In this document: positions 18,544 through 29,189 of the stretch, piece after piece | Position numbering within the stretch: the stretch's first letter is position 1 | Layout of the letters: every line of letters begins with the position of its first letter | From: Alphaproteobacteria bacterium | GTDB taxonomy: Bacteria; Pseudomonadota; Alphaproteobacteria; SP197 | Length of the DNA stretch: 34,647 nucleotides | Assembly: GCA_022822575.1 (NCBI GenBank) | Contig: JAJEBJ010000003.1 | Coordinates: 1 to 34,647, forward strand | Reading direction: 5' to 3' | The notes under the pieces: generated by a model | The model's database searches: none | What the model was told of the DNA's origin: nothing | The model's input: the letters and a program-made list of their open reading frames with translations, nothing else | Made by a program: the position numbers and the translations under genes

Positions 18544-19133
18544 GCCGGAGGCCAGATCAGGCTGACAAGGTACTTGGAGTACTCGCCGGCAAGAAGAAGC
18601 AGGGTACGCGGGTGACGCCACCAGATATCCAGATGCACCGCGCCTGACACCACCGGGTAGGGAATGACATCGATCGCCGGCATGAACCGACGGAAGAGGA
18701 CAAGACTGCGCGGCATGTGGTAGTTGGCGGTCACAAGGATCATGGACGTGCGCGCTCCCGCCGCCATCCAGTTCGCTGTCTCGCGCACGTTGCCCACGGT
18801 ATGACGGGCATCGTGTCCAAGATCGATGCAGCAGGCCAGGGTCGTTGGCGCATGACTGTTGAGATCAAGAATCTCGGCGACATCGACGCCAGTGTGAACA
18901 CCGCTGACAAACAGGCGCTCCGCCATCCCCTTCTGCAGGAGATCGATCCCGGCGGGCAGCCGCTCCCTGCCTCCCGTGAGCACGACGATGGCGTCCGCCT
19001 TCTGGCCGATCGCCAGCGGGGTTTCCGGGGCGATCTGCGTGACAAAGCGCATCAGTCCACCAACCCAGACCGCCGCCAGGATCACCAACAGGACGATGAC
19101 AAGCCGCGCTCTCAGTGTTCTCTTCCGTTTCAC
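18540..19133 (-). CDS. YdcF / DUF218 (ElyC-like) family protein
   Basis: N-terminal TM, ADAIVVLTGG, LFVSGV, TVGN..ET, LVTANYHMPRS, EYSKY; GTG 19133 overlaps the ftsX stop. Confidence 0.88.
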   Translation of the reverse strand: MKRKRTLRARLVIVLLVILAAVWVGGLMRFVTQIAPETPLAIGQKADAIVVLTGGRERLPAGIDLLQKGMAERLFVSGVHTGVDVAEILDLNSHAPTTLACCIDLGHDARHTVGNVRETANWMAAGARTSMILVTANYHMPRSLVLFRRFMPAIDVIPYPVVSGAVHLDIWWRHPRTLLLLAGEYSKYLVSLIWPPA

Positions 19134-20014
19134 GGCATGCGGCCCAGTGAGGTGATCACCGTCACCCGCGCCGCGACCATCGCCACCAGCGCCGCGACGA
19201 CGGGAATCGTACCGAGAAAGAGCCACTCGCGAACCGAGAAGGAGACCGCCGGCAACAGGGGCGCCTCGATATCGCCGGACAGTTCGCCCATCAGGATTAT
19301 GATGATGATGGCCAGAACGTTGCCGGGAATGCCTCCCATCAACGCCAGGGTGAGGGACTGGTTCTGGAACTGGGTCGCGATATAGCTGTCCTGGGCTCCG
19401 ACCTGGTGCAGAATCTCGATGGTGTCCTGATGAATCGAGAGCGCCGTGCGCGTGACATAGATGATCGAGACGACAGAGATCAGCGCAATGATGATCAGCA
19501 TCAGGGCGGTCACCAGTTGAACGGTACCGACGGTGCTGCGTACGGCAAGGAGCCACTGCGGTTCGACATAGACCGTGACGGCACCGACAGTCTCCTCGAG
19601 AATCTGCTCGATGACGTCACCTCTCAGGGATTCCGGCGACACGGCTTCGACATCGATCAGCACCGGTAACGGCAACAGGTCCGGGTCGGGTCTGCCACCT
19701 GTCCACGCCTCGATGGTCTCGAGAATCTCGTCATCCCCGACCAGGTGGACCCGGCTGATTCCCGGCAACTGTGCCAGCACGTCGATGGAAGTGGCCACGG
19801 CCTCTTCGTTGGCGCTCTTCCGGGACAGTTCGATGGTGGCGCCATACTGCTGACCGGTGATCTGCCACCGGTCCGCGACTCCTTCCATGGCCAGCGAGGC
19901 ACTGAGTACCAGGGTCGACAGGAACACCATGGCGCCGATGATGGTCGGAACAAAGCTGGACGAGGGATCCGAAGCGAGCGGGACCTCCTGCGGTCGCTGC
20001 CTCCACCTCACCAT
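19130..20014 (-). CDS. ftsX: Cell division permease FtsX
   Basis: Four-TM layout with periplasmic loop, LPLPVLIDV, IEILHQVGAQDSYIATQF; directly after ftsE. Confidence 0.9.
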   Translation of the reverse strand: MVRWRQRPQEVPLASDPSSSFVPTIIGAMVFLSTLVLSASLAMEGVADRWQITGQQYGATIELSRKSANEEAVATSIDVLAQLPGISRVHLVGDDEILETIEAWTGGRPDPDLLPLPVLIDVEAVSPESLRGDVIEQILEETVGAVTVYVEPQWLLAVRSTVGTVQLVTALMLIIIALISVVSIIYVTRTALSIHQDTIEILHQVGAQDSYIATQFQNQSLTLALMGGIPGNVLAIIIIILMGELSGDIEAPLLPAVSFSVREWLFLGTIPVVAALVAMVAARVTVITSLGRMP

Positions 20015-20673
20015 GGGCGGCCCGCTTTCAGGAACCCTTCCTTGAGGTGGAGGACCGGATGGGGAAACCGCTGCGGAAGCCTGGTGTTGTGGGTGGCGAT
20101 CACCAGGGTCGTGCCATGGCGATTGAGCTCCATGAAGAGCATCATCAGACGATCCGCCATCGGCTCGTCGAGATTGCCCGTCGGTTCATCGGCGAGCAGC
20201 ACGTCCGGCTGTCCGATCACCGCCCTCGCCACGGCTACCCGCTGTTTTTCGCCACCCGACATGAAGGGTGGCTTCACGTCGGCCATGGTGTCGAGGCCCA
20301 CCCATTCCAGCAGCTGGTGGACGTGATCGCTCACCATGCCCGGATCCGTGCCGACCAGACGCAGCGGCAGCGCAACGTTGTCGAAGGCCGAGAGATGATC
20401 GAGCAGGTTGTAGTCCTGGAAGACGACACCAATGCGCCGGCGAAGGCCCGTGAGGGCGCTCCGCGTTGCCGTCGCCACATCCTGCCCGAACATGGTCAGC
20501 AGCCCCCGGGTGGGCCGCCGGCCAAGATAGAGCAGTCTCAGCATCGAGGTCTTGCCGGCGCCTGTGGGTCCGACAAGGTAGTGGCCGGATCCCGATTCCA
20601 GGGTGAGATCGATGTCATGCAGAACTTCCGGTCCGCTGCCATAGCGCAGACCGACGTTTTCAAACCGAATCAC
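20008..20673 (-). CDS. ftsE: Cell division ATP-binding protein FtsE
   Basis: IRFENVGLRYG, GPTGAGKT, RRIGVVFQD, SGGEKQR, LLADEPTGNLD. Confidence 0.93.
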   Translation of the reverse strand: MIRFENVGLRYGSGPEVLHDIDLTLESGSGHYLVGPTGAGKTSMLRLLYLGRRPTRGLLTMFGQDVATATRSALTGLRRRIGVVFQDYNLLDHLSAFDNVALPLRLVGTDPGMVSDHVHQLLEWVGLDTMADVKPPFMSGGEKQRVAVARAVIGQPDVLLADEPTGNLDEPMADRLMMLFMELNRHGTTLVIATHNTRLPQRFPHPVLHLKEGFLKAGRPW

Positions 20674-20769
20674 GCCAACTTTCCCTGCTTCATGCCCGAT
20701 GAGGAGGCAAGGTCCCCGGGACACTAGCACAGAGCCGAAGCCTACGGCATGCCTTGACCGGATAGAGCG

Positions 20770-23172
20770 TCAGAACCGCCTGAGCAGGCGGCGGAGATAC
20801 TCCTGCTCCTCCTGAGGCCTGTGCTGTTCAGCGGCGCGTCGTTTCAGTTCGTCAAGTATCTGGCGAACGCGGATGAGGGATCCCTTGTCGGGAATGTTGA
20901 TATCGTCGGTGGCGGAACCGATGGCGTTGCCGAGGCTGCGCCCGATCGGGTCCCTGGGCGCCGAGAAGAATCCCTGGGAGTCACCTCCCACACTCTCCCC
21001 GAGGAGATCGAGAATTTGCGCCATCATGTCGCCGGCGCCTTCCTTGAGGAAATCGACGGCCTCTGTCTGGTGATCGACCGCATGACCCGGACGGTTGGCC
21101 TTCAGCTGGCGGACGGCGCGGCGCATCGAGCGGTTGGCCCGGCTGTAGTGGCGGGGCACGTCGTAGCCGAACTCCTCCATGCGCTCCATGAAACTCTCGA
21201 GAACGTCCCTCACGTCGGCCTGGCGTACGGCCTGATCGGTCGTGTCAACGTCCTCTTCCCCGACATCGCGCAGGATCCTGAAACTCTCATCCAGCAGCTG
21301 CTGCTGCTCGCTGATGATCTGGCGGATGGTCTGGATCATTTCCACGGCTTCGGCAGACGAACTTCCCGAAAGGTCACTGAGATTGCCCACGGAAATGCTT
21401 TCCATGATCTCCTGGAGTCGGGTCAGCAGGGTTCGTGCCTGCTGGCGCGAACCAGTGCGCACCAGCTCGGATATTCTGTCCACCAGATCGGTCAGTTCGC
21501 GGCTGCCGACCGCCTTCAGCGCCTCGGTGGGGTCGAACAGTTCTCCTGGATCCGAGCGCAGCCTGTTCGAAAGAGCCCGCATGTAGTCGTCCATGGCGTT
21601 GCGCAGCTCTGCGAGCAGGCGTTCGATCTTGGCGTCCGGCGCGCCGCCACTGAGAGCCTCGAGAATCTGCTGCTGCAGATCGCGCACCCGCTGTTCAGCG
21701 AAAGCCAGCGGACCCTCTTCGATGGCAAGCGCCGTTTCCCACATCAATCCGATCACATCGTCGGCGGTCGATTCCCGACCGGCGCTGTAATCGAGGCGCA
21801 GTGCGCCCGTCACCAGCGCCAGATGAACGTCGACTTCCGAGAGGTAGGATTCCGGTTCCCTTGAAAGACGGTGCAGCACCGAAGCCGTCTCGCCTGCAAG
21901 GTCCCTGTCCACCGCGAACGCCTTGCGCTGCTTCGCGATTTCGCGTGCCACCGGGTGATGGAAAAAGCGCTCCGGCAACTCGAAGGTATGACGGACGCTC
22001 CTACTCCTTTGACCAATCTCGTCCGTGGCAACCAGAACCAGTTCCACCTCGTGACCGGCCCATGGATGCGCCATCAGGTTGTAGAAGGTGGGACCCTGCA
22101 CGGTACGGATTCCCGGCTGCGCCAGTGGCACGGAAACCCGCAGCACGTCATCGCCGGCGCCGCCTGGTCGGCGGATCTCGCCAGTGATGGACTCGAGGCC
22201 GTAGTCATCGCTGGCTGCAACATCGAGGCGCAGCCCTGTCCGCAGTGTCTCGGAAGGCTCCGCCGTGAGAGCGACCTCGGGCGGATCGTCAGCGATCAGC
22301 GTGATCGTCCTCCCTTCCAGCAGATTGCCGGACTGGAGGATCGAGAACCGCGTGCCGCTGTCGAGCACGTGGGCGATCTGCCAGTTTTCTCCTCCGGCAT
22401 CGGTGAAGTCGAAGGGCACGTCATCGACCCTCAGCACCGGCAACCGGGAGCCGCCGCGAACCTGCACCACCAGTTCACTGCCGACGGGAACCGGCACCGG
22501 GTGATCCCCTGCGCTCTGCTCGAACCAGATGGGAGCGACGTCCGTGTAGGCTGGAGGCGTGATCCAGAATGTCGCCTCGCCAGCAGCACCGGCACCTCCG
22601 CTCAAGGAGTATCCCGGCTGCAGCAGGGCGGTGAAGTTGGCCCGGGCCTGTGACCAGCCGGCAATTGCCCCCCAGACCAGGACCAGCAGCGCAAGATACC
22701 TGAGGGCGAAACGGTCACGCGAAGCCAGCGCGCTGCGCGGCCAGCCGACCCGCAGGCGGCGTGCGCGTCCGGCCGCTCGCGCCCGATGCATCTCGAACAG
22801 CGCCTGGCTGGCCCCGTCCTGAAGATCGCCCGCATAATGATCGTCGAGCGCCATCAGTGGTCTGTGCGGCACACCGCTCCCGATTTCGAGACGGCGTCGC
22901 ACATGCCCTTCCCTGGGCCAGGCGAATCCCCGGAAATCCCGCCACAGGACAAGAGGCGTGGCCATGGCGAAGAAAACCAGGAGAGCGATATGGAGAATCC
23001 CCGGAAGAGATGACACCACTCCGAGCAGGACGAGTCCCAGGAAGAGAATGACGAGGGATGCAGAGCGCCAGGACCGGATGACGAGGTCCTCCCAGACGAG
23101 CGCCAGGCGGGCAAGGAACAACCGCCACGCCACGACGGCGGATCCGGCTCTGTTGTCAGCGGACGGTGTCAT
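20770..23172 (-). CDS. TIGR02302 / DUF4175-family membrane protein
   Basis: ARLALVWE, HRPL, RDRFALR, WITPPAYT, HPWAG, LPERFFHHPVAR, DPIGR, YLRRLL; downstream of lysA as expected. Confidence 0.88.
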   Translation of the reverse strand: MTPSADNRAGSAVVAWRLFLARLALVWEDLVIRSWRSASLVILFLGLVLLGVVSSLPGILHIALLVFFAMATPLVLWRDFRGFAWPREGHVRRRLEIGSGVPHRPLMALDDHYAGDLQDGASQALFEMHRARAAGRARRLRVGWPRSALASRDRFALRYLALLVLVWGAIAGWSQARANFTALLQPGYSLSGGAGAAGEATFWITPPAYTDVAPIWFEQSAGDHPVPVPVGSELVVQVRGGSRLPVLRVDDVPFDFTDAGGENWQIAHVLDSGTRFSILQSGNLLEGRTITLIADDPPEVALTAEPSETLRTGLRLDVAASDDYGLESITGEIRRPGGAGDDVLRVSVPLAQPGIRTVQGPTFYNLMAHPWAGHEVELVLVATDEIGQRSRSVRHTFELPERFFHHPVAREIAKQRKAFAVDRDLAGETASVLHRLSREPESYLSEVDVHLALVTGALRLDYSAGRESTADDVIGLMWETALAIEEGPLAFAEQRVRDLQQQILEALSGGAPDAKIERLLAELRNAMDDYMRALSNRLRSDPGELFDPTEALKAVGSRELTDLVDRISELVRTGSRQQARTLLTRLQEIMESISVGNLSDLSGSSSAEAVEMIQTIRQIISEQQQLLDESFRILRDVGEEDVDTTDQAVRQADVRDVLESFMERMEEFGYDVPRHYSRANRSMRRAVRQLKANRPGHAVDHQTEAVDFLKEGAGDMMAQILDLLGESVGGDSQGFFSAPRDPIGRSLGNAIGSATDDINIPDKGSLIRVRQILDELKRRAAEQHRPQEEQEYLRRLLRRF

Positions 23173-24418
23173 CGCGTTGCAGGTCCGGCACTGTCTCAAG
23201 CGCCATCATCTCAGCATGTCCCGGCCGCCTGCGGACCACGGCATGGCGATCTTGATCCACCATCACCTCCGGTACCAGCAAGCGTCCATTGTACCCCGAG
23301 GCCATGACAGCGCCATAGGCTCCGGCGTGGCCTATGGCCAGCAGGTCACCGTCGTCGAGAGCGGGCAACGGCGCGTCGTGGGCCAGCACGTCCCCCGACT
23401 CGCAGACCGGCCCTGCCACCACGGATTCGAGGAGTGGAGGCGTCGCCTCACGGTGCGGCCAGACCGGATGGCGGGCGCCATAAAGTGTCGGCCGCACGAG
23501 ATCATTCATGGCGGCATCGACGATGACGACGCGCTTCGATCCGGCCTGCTTGACCGTGTTCACTGCGGTCACGAGCGCCCCGGCCGACGCGACCAGCCAG
23601 CGTCCTGGTTCAATGGCGAGTTCCGCGTCCGTCCGGCGGCGGACATCCGCCAGCAGGCGTGCATAGCCGCCGAGGTCGATCGCTTCTTCCTCTTCGTGGT
23701 AGGCGATGCCCAGTCCCCCGCCAAGATCAAGCGAGGAGACACCATCCAGCGTGCCGGCCAGGTCCAGCAGCCTGTCGAAGGCGGTGCGGTAGAGTCCGAT
23801 ATCGTGTATCTGGGACCCAATATAAACCGCGAGTCCGACGGGCCGGACCAGGGGATGAGCCCGGGCCCTTGACCACAGGCGCCGGATGGTTGCCGCGGGA
23901 AGGCCGAACTTGTCAGTCTGCCGCCCAGTGGAGATCTTCTCGTGCCCGCCCGCATCGACATCCGGATTGAACCGGAAGGCCACGGGCGCTTCCCTCTGGA
24001 GTTCGTCGCAAATCTCCCGGATACGATCGAACTCGCCTTCGCTCTCGACGTTGATCTGCCTGATGCCGCTTTCCAGGGAGAAGACGATCTCGTCACGTGA
24101 CTTGCCGACCCCCGAGAAGACAATCGTGCTCGCGTCGATTCCCGCGGCAAGGCAACGGTGTATCTCCCCTGCCGAGACGACATCCGCCCCCGCTCCCAGG
24201 CCACCAAGGAGATGAACGACCGCGAGGTTGCTGTTGGCCTTGACCGCATACAGGATCGACGTACCGGTTCCGTCCACCGCGCCCCGGAGGTGAAGAAAGC
24301 GGCGACGCAACGCCGTTGCGCTGTAGCAGTAGAATGGCGTGCCGATCTCGCAGGCAATGGTCGCGAGGTCCACGTCCTCCACATGCAACCGCCCGTTGCG
24401 GTACGTGAAGGCGTTCAA
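23156..24418 (-). CDS. lysA: Diaminopimelate decarboxylase
   Basis: GTPFYCYS, YAVKANSN (PLP Lys), KISTG..KFG, EPGR, GPVCESGD, GAYG..M.S.YN; TTG 24418 overlaps the lipoprotein stop. Confidence 0.93.
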   Translation of the reverse strand: MNAFTYRNGRLHVEDVDLATIACEIGTPFYCYSATALRRRFLHLRGAVDGTGTSILYAVKANSNLAVVHLLGGLGAGADVVSAGEIHRCLAAGIDASTIVFSGVGKSRDEIVFSLESGIRQINVESEGEFDRIREICDELQREAPVAFRFNPDVDAGGHEKISTGRQTDKFGLPAATIRRLWSRARAHPLVRPVGLAVYIGSQIHDIGLYRTAFDRLLDLAGTLDGVSSLDLGGGLGIAYHEEEEAIDLGGYARLLADVRRRTDAELAIEPGRWLVASAGALVTAVNTVKQAGSKRVVIVDAAMNDLVRPTLYGARHPVWPHREATPPLLESVVAGPVCESGDVLAHDAPLPALDDGDLLAIGHAGAYGAVMASGYNGRLLVPEVMVDQDRHAVVRRRPGHAEMMALETVPDLQRDDTVR

Positions 24419-24525
24419 CTGTCGTCCGACTCCCCGTCCGTACCGGGACGTGTCAGACTTCCCCTGCGCCCGCATGCGGCTGCGAGGGCTGCGAGCACCA
24501 GCATCAGGATGCCGCGTCTGGTCAT
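24415..24525 (-). CDS. 36-aa lipoprotein (LptM/YifL-like), absent from ORF track
   Basis: [36 protein letters not shown]: signal peptide, lipobox Cys, CGxxGxL; AGGAGG SD; overlaps argH stop and lysA start. Confidence 0.85.
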   Translation of the reverse strand: MTRRGILMLVLAALAAACGRRGSLTRPGTDGESDDS

Positions 24526-25919
24526 GCAAGATACCTCCTGCGGGCTTCTTCCACCGCTTCTGCCACCCGTTGTGGCGCCGTACCGCCCGGACTCGCACGG
24601 CTGGCGACCGAAGCCTCGACCGTGAGCACCTGGCGCACCGAGGCGTCGAGACGGTCGTCCACCCGGCGCATCGCGTCAAGCGGCAACGACGCCAGATCAC
24701 ATCCCGCCTCCTCGGCAAGCGCCACGAGACGGCCAGTGATGTGATGCGCCTCCCGGAACGGAAGCCCCTTCTCGCGAACCAGCCAGTCCGCGAGATCGGT
24801 CGCAGTCACAAATCCGTCATCCGTGCGCGACCGCATGGCCTCGGTGTCGACGGTCATTCCGCGTATCATGGCTGCCGTGGCCGGAACCACCAGCATCAGC
24901 GTCTCGGCAGCATCGAAGAGCGGTTCCTTGTCTTCCTGCATGTCCTTGCCGTAGGTCATCGGCAGACCCTTCAGCATGGTGAGCAGCGACACCAGCGCGC
25001 CGGTCAGGCGTCCAGCCTTGCCGCGCACCAGTTCGGCGGCGTCGGCATTGCGTTTCTGGGGCATGATCGACGACCCCGTGGTCAGACTGTCGGGCAGGCG
25101 CACAAACCCGAAGGCCGGACTGGTCCACAGGACGAGCTCTTCCGCCAGGCGTGACAGGTGCACACCGATGATGGCCCCGGCGGCGAGAAACTCCAGGCAG
25201 AAATCCCGGTCTGACACCGCATCCATGGAGTTGGCCGCCGGCCGATCGAAGCCCAGCGAGGCGGCCGTCGCCTCACGGTCCACCGGAAACGATGTTCCGG
25301 CCAGCGCCGCAGCCCCCAAAGGCGATTCGTTCATTCTTTGTCGACAGTCCTTCAGCCTGCCGCGATCCCTGCCGAACATCTCGACATAGGCCAGCATGTG
25401 ATGACCTAGGGTGACGGGCTGGGCCGGCTGCAGGTGAGTCATTCCCGGCATGACCGACGCCACATGCCGTTCCGCCTGGTCGATCAGCGACTCCTGGAGA
25501 CCGACAAGCGCGTCATCGAGATGATCGAGGTGATCGCGCAACCACAGGCGCAGGTCCGTGGCGACCTGATCGTTGCGCGAACGCGCCGTGTGCAGACGCC
25601 GGGCCGGCTCACCGATGAGGTCGGCAAGACGCGCCTCGATGTTCATGTGAACATCTTCCAGCGCCGGATCCCAGGTCATTGTTCCCTCCTCGATCTCGCG
25701 GGCAATGTGATCAAGGCCCTCCTGGATGGCATCGTTATCGGCGGCCGAAAGGATGCCCGTGGCCGCCAGCATGGAAGCGTGGGCCCTCGACCCGGCGATG
25801 TCATAGGGCGCCAACCGGCGGTCGAAGTCCACCGAGGCGTTGATCCGCTCCATGATGGCGGACGGCTCTTCGCGGAAGCGCCCGCCCCGGACAGGGTTGG
25901 AGTTGTTGGTTGCTGACAT
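24522..25919 (-). CDS. argH: Argininosuccinate lyase
   Basis: [59 protein letters not shown]; ATG 25919. Confidence 0.97.
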   Translation of the reverse strand: MSATNNSNPVRGGRFREEPSAIMERINASVDFDRRLAPYDIAGSRAHASMLAATGILSAADNDAIQEGLDHIAREIEEGTMTWDPALEDVHMNIEARLADLIGEPARRLHTARSRNDQVATDLRLWLRDHLDHLDDALVGLQESLIDQAERHVASVMPGMTHLQPAQPVTLGHHMLAYVEMFGRDRGRLKDCRQRMNESPLGAAALAGTSFPVDREATAASLGFDRPAANSMDAVSDRDFCLEFLAAGAIIGVHLSRLAEELVLWTSPAFGFVRLPDSLTTGSSIMPQKRNADAAELVRGKAGRLTGALVSLLTMLKGLPMTYGKDMQEDKEPLFDAAETLMLVVPATAAMIRGMTVDTEAMRSRTDDGFVTATDLADWLVREKGLPFREAHHITGRLVALAEEAGCDLASLPLDAMRRVDDRLDASVRQVLTVEASVASRASPGGTAPQRVAEAVEEARRRYLA

Positions 25920-26109
25920 GCCGATCAGGCACCGGAGCGGTGTGTCGATGCTGGTACCGGCCCGCCGACTCATGCCCACCGGCCGGAACGTGACGTGGAG
26001 TGTAGCGGGCGCCCGCAACTGTGTCCAAGACGGCGACAAGCGTGGCGTTTCCGCTTCGACCGGGTATTCTCCGCACCTCCTCGATACCGAGATGGCGATC
26101 TCCCTTGTC

Positions 26110-27345
26110 ATGAATGCCTCCGAGGCGCCGTCCCGCAGTTTTCTGTTCCTGGCGGGTCGCGTCTTCCTTCCCTTCGCAGCCGGTTACTTCCTTTCCTATG
26201 TCTTCCGGACGGTGAATGCCGTTCTGGGACCGGTTCTCGGCGAGGAACTGGCTCTGGATGCCGCTGCCGTCGGCCTGATGACCAGCGCCTTCTTCCTGGC
26301 CTTTGCCGGTATCCAGCTTCCTCTCGGCATGGCGCTCGACAAGTTCGGACCCCGGCGCACACATGCGGTGCTGCTGATCATCGCCGCAGCAGGTGCGGTT
26401 CTGTTCAGCCTGGGTGACGGCACTCCCGTCCTCACGCTGGCGCGCGCCATCATCGGCATCGGCATGGCCGGAGGCCTTCTGGCCGCCATGAAGATGTTTG
26501 CACTGTGGTTTCCGGGCCAAAAGCTGCCACTGATCAACGGCCTGGTCCTTGCGGCGGGCGGCGCCGGAGCCATGGCTGCATCTGCTCCGGTCCACGCCAT
26601 GATTGCTCTCATCGGCTGGCGGCAGCTGTTTGTCGTGCTCGCTGCCGTGACCGTGCTGGTGGCAGCGATCATCTACATCGTCGTACCGGAGCGACGGGCG
26701 ACAGGTGCTCCGGTTACGTTGTCGGACCAGTTGAAGGGACTCCGGCTCATCCAGCGCTCGCCGGCCTTCCTGGCCGTGGCGCCGCTGGTGATGACGACAC
26801 AGGCGGCGTGGCTGTCGACCCAGGCGTTGTGGTTCGGACCATGGCTGCGTGATATGGCCGGCCTTGATGCCGGCCGTGCGGCCGACGCTCTCTTCATCGG
26901 CGGCTTCGCGATGATCGTCGGGTATGCCCTCCTCGGCTGGCTTGCCGAACGGCTGAGCCGGTTCGGCATCCCGGTTTCCTTCGTCGCCGCTCCGGTCACC
27001 TTGGTGTTCATTGCCGTGCAGGCGATTCTGGCACTGGGAAGCGGACTGCCTGCATGGGTGTTGACGGCGGCGTTCTCCGCGACCGGGGGTGCGATCGTCA
27101 TCTTCTATGCCGACATGACCCAGAGATTCCCGCCGGCCATGGCCGGCAGGGTCAACACGACGCTCGCCCTCTTGGCCTTCGCGCTGGGCGGCGTCCTCCA
27201 GATCCTCGTCGGCCTCGTCCTCGATCTCTTCCCGGCACCCGAAGGCGGCTATTCGCCCTCAGGCTATCTCGCCGCGTTCGGCGGCTGGGTGCTGATCCAG
27301 GCCGCCTGTTTCGTCTGGTATCTCGCCCGCCGTCACCACGGCTGA
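26110..27345 (+). CDS. MFS transporter
   Basis: About 12 hydrophobic segments; motif [12 protein letters not shown]; second-half GWLAERL; start uncertain (26092 or 26110). Confidence 0.9.
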   Translation: MNASEAPSRSFLFLAGRVFLPFAAGYFLSYVFRTVNAVLGPVLGEELALDAAAVGLMTSAFFLAFAGIQLPLGMALDKFGPRRTHAVLLIIAAAGAVLFSLGDGTPVLTLARAIIGIGMAGGLLAAMKMFALWFPGQKLPLINGLVLAAGGAGAMAASAPVHAMIALIGWRQLFVVLAAVTVLVAAIIYIVVPERRATGAPVTLSDQLKGLRLIQRSPAFLAVAPLVMTTQAAWLSTQALWFGPWLRDMAGLDAGRAADALFIGGFAMIVGYALLGWLAERLSRFGIPVSFVAAPVTLVFIAVQAILALGSGLPAWVLTAAFSATGGAIVIFYADMTQRFPPAMAGRVNTTLALLAFALGGVLQILVGLVLDLFPAPEGGYSPSGYLAAFGGWVLIQAACFVWYLARRHHG

Positions 27346-27401
27346 CGCCAGTTCCCGATTGCTCGCCGAGCCCTCACGACAATGACGTCGCGATCCGTTT
27401 T

Positions 27402-27818
27402 TCAGACCCGACCCAGCAGTTCCAGCGCCGTGCGGGCGGTCACAACCGGAATGCCGTCAACGTCCAGGAGCGCAAGCATGTGCCTCTTGTCTCCGGAGAC
27501 GATCAAATCGACGCCGCCGGCGTTTGCGGCCGCCAATACCTGGTTGTCCATGGGGTCTGGAGAGTAAGACACCCCCGGGAGGTCATGAAGGATGATGGCG
27601 CGCGTGCCAATGTTCTCGACAATAGCGGAAGCCTCGTCGGCGTTGACGAACTTCCGGAGTCGATCTCTTCCGAGCACATCTACCAGTTCGCGGATCTGCG
27701 CGTTTGATGTCACAACGTCCAACTCGCCCCGCAGCCACGCCTGATACAGGCTATCCGGAGGAGTACCCTTGGTGATGAGGGCGCCGATCAGGATGTTGGT
27801 GTCAAGAACGACCCGCAC
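27402..27818 (-). CDS. PIN-domain toxin (VapC-like, TIGR00305-type)
   Basis: VRVVLDTNIL, ELVDVL.R, DPMDN.VL, IVSGDKRHML; GTG 27818 overlaps the antitoxin end. Confidence 0.9.
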   Translation of the reverse strand: MRVVLDTNILIGALITKGTPPDSLYQAWLRGELDVVTSNAQIRELVDVLGRDRLRKFVNADEASAIVENIGTRAIILHDLPGVSYSPDPMDNQVLAAANAGGVDLIVSGDKRHMLALLDVDGIPVVTARTALELLGRV

Positions 27819-28038
27819 CCGCCGCACTCACCTCTTCGTCGATTAAGTCGAGAATCTGCCGTTGGTCCAATTCGGCACTGCGATCCTTGACCTGTCTGAT
27901 GGTGAGGTCGAAAACACGCTGACGAACTGACTCATCGACAAACCGGGAGAGATCACCTTTCTTTCCACCGTTGCGGGCAAGAAAGGTGCGTACGGCACGA
28001 TCCGTCTTCTCAGAAATAGAGAGGTTCCATCGAGTCAT
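27802..28038 (-). CDS. Ribbon-helix-helix antitoxin-like protein
   Basis: MTRWNLSIS beta strand, TDRAVRTFLA, KKGDLSRFVDESV; small gene upstream of and overlapping the PIN gene; GGAG SD. Confidence 0.85.
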   Translation of the reverse strand: MTRWNLSISEKTDRAVRTFLARNGGKKGDLSRFVDESVRQRVFDLTIRQVKDRSAELDQRQILDLIDEEVSAAGAGRS

Positions 28039-28050
28039 GGTAGCAGCTCC

Positions 28051-28090
28051 GCGCATAAGCGTTTAAACGTATATGCGCACATGCTGTCAA
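28051..28090 (-). promoter_or_regulatory. TA promoter region with palindromic operator
   Basis: 28-bp near-perfect palindrome GCGCATA-ag-CGTTTAAACG-ta-TATGCGC (28051-28078) just downstream of TTGACA (minus, 28085-28090). Confidence 0.7.
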
Positions 28091-28292
28091 TCAAGGGGCA
28101 GATAGTCGACCCCATGACGGTGCTGACTGAACGACACATGAATTCGACGAACTTCCGCACGGGATTCGTCCCTCTCACAAGCGTGGAGAAGAGTACGGCC
28201 AGACCTCTTCGCAAGGCACTTGGAGAGGAAACGGAGACGATCCTGGCGCTTCGGCATCGCGATGAAACGCCCGTGGACGCCAAAAAGGGCGA

Positions 28293-29168
28293 TCAGCGCG
28301 TCGGGACCGGGGTTTCGCCTGAGTAGTCGTAGAAGCCGCGGCCGGACTTGCGGCCGAGCCAGCCCGCCTCGACATACTTGGCGAGCAGCGGACACGGACG
28401 GTACTTCGTGTCCGCGAGGCCGTCATAGAGCACCTGCATGACGGAATAGCAGACATCAAGGCCGATGAAGTCGGCGAGTTCGAGCGGGCCCATGGGGTGG
28501 TTGGCGCCGAGCCGCATCGCCGTATCGATGGAATCGACGGTGCCGACGCCCTCGTAGAGGGCATAGACCGCCTCGTTGATCATCGGCAGCAGGATACGGT
28601 TGACGATGAAGGCCGGGAAATCCTCGGCGTTGGCCGGCACCTTGCCGAGTTCGAGCGTCAGGGCACGGATGGTATCGAAGGTCTCGCCGTCGGTGGCCAG
28701 TCCGCGGATGAGTTCCACCAGGTTCATCATCGGCACCGGGTTCATGAAGTGCATGCCCATGAACTTCTCCGGCCGGTCGGTGGCCGCCGCCAGGCGTGTG
28801 ATGGGGATCGACGAGGTGTTGGTGCAGATGATGGCGTCCGCCTTGAGGGACGAAGTCAGTTCGGCAAGAATCTCCTTCTTGACCTTCTCGTTCTCGATAG
28901 CGGCTTCGATGACACAGTCGCAGTCAGCCAGTCCGGCATAGGAGTCGACCACGGCAATGCGGCCGAGTGCGGCATCCATCTGGTCCTGATCGATGACTCC
29001 ACGTCGCCGCTGACGCTCCATGTTGGAGCGCACCACCTCGACGCCGGCCTCCGCAAGAGCCCGCGACATGTCGACAATCAGGATGTCGTATCCCGCCAGG
29101 GCACAGACGTGTGCGATTCCCGACCCCATCTGGCCGGCACCGATCACGCCAATGCTCCTGATCTCCAT
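28293..29168 (-). CDS. hbd: 3-hydroxybutyryl-CoA dehydrogenase
   Basis: [56 protein letters not shown]. Confidence 0.95.
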   Translation of the reverse strand: MEIRSIGVIGAGQMGSGIAHVCALAGYDILIVDMSRALAEAGVEVVRSNMERQRRRGVIDQDQMDAALGRIAVVDSYAGLADCDCVIEAAIENEKVKKEILAELTSSLKADAIICTNTSSIPITRLAAATDRPEKFMGMHFMNPVPMMNLVELIRGLATDGETFDTIRALTLELGKVPANAEDFPAFIVNRILLPMINEAVYALYEGVGTVDSIDTAMRLGANHPMGPLELADFIGLDVCYSVMQVLYDGLADTKYRPCPLLAKYVEAGWLGRKSGRGFYDYSGETPVPTR

Positions 29169-29189
29169 GCCCAAGACCCTATCCCCCGG

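Noticed and set aside
25035-25895. ArgH variants VRGGRF (usually WGGRF) and KRNAD (usually KxNPD)
   Set aside because: The core GSSxMPxKxN signature and other motifs are intact; likely ordinary divergence
28081-28326. 81-aa plus-strand ORF between the TA pair and hbd
   Set aside because: No recognisable motif, no clear SD, and it overlaps the TA promoter and the hbd end; cannot be supported
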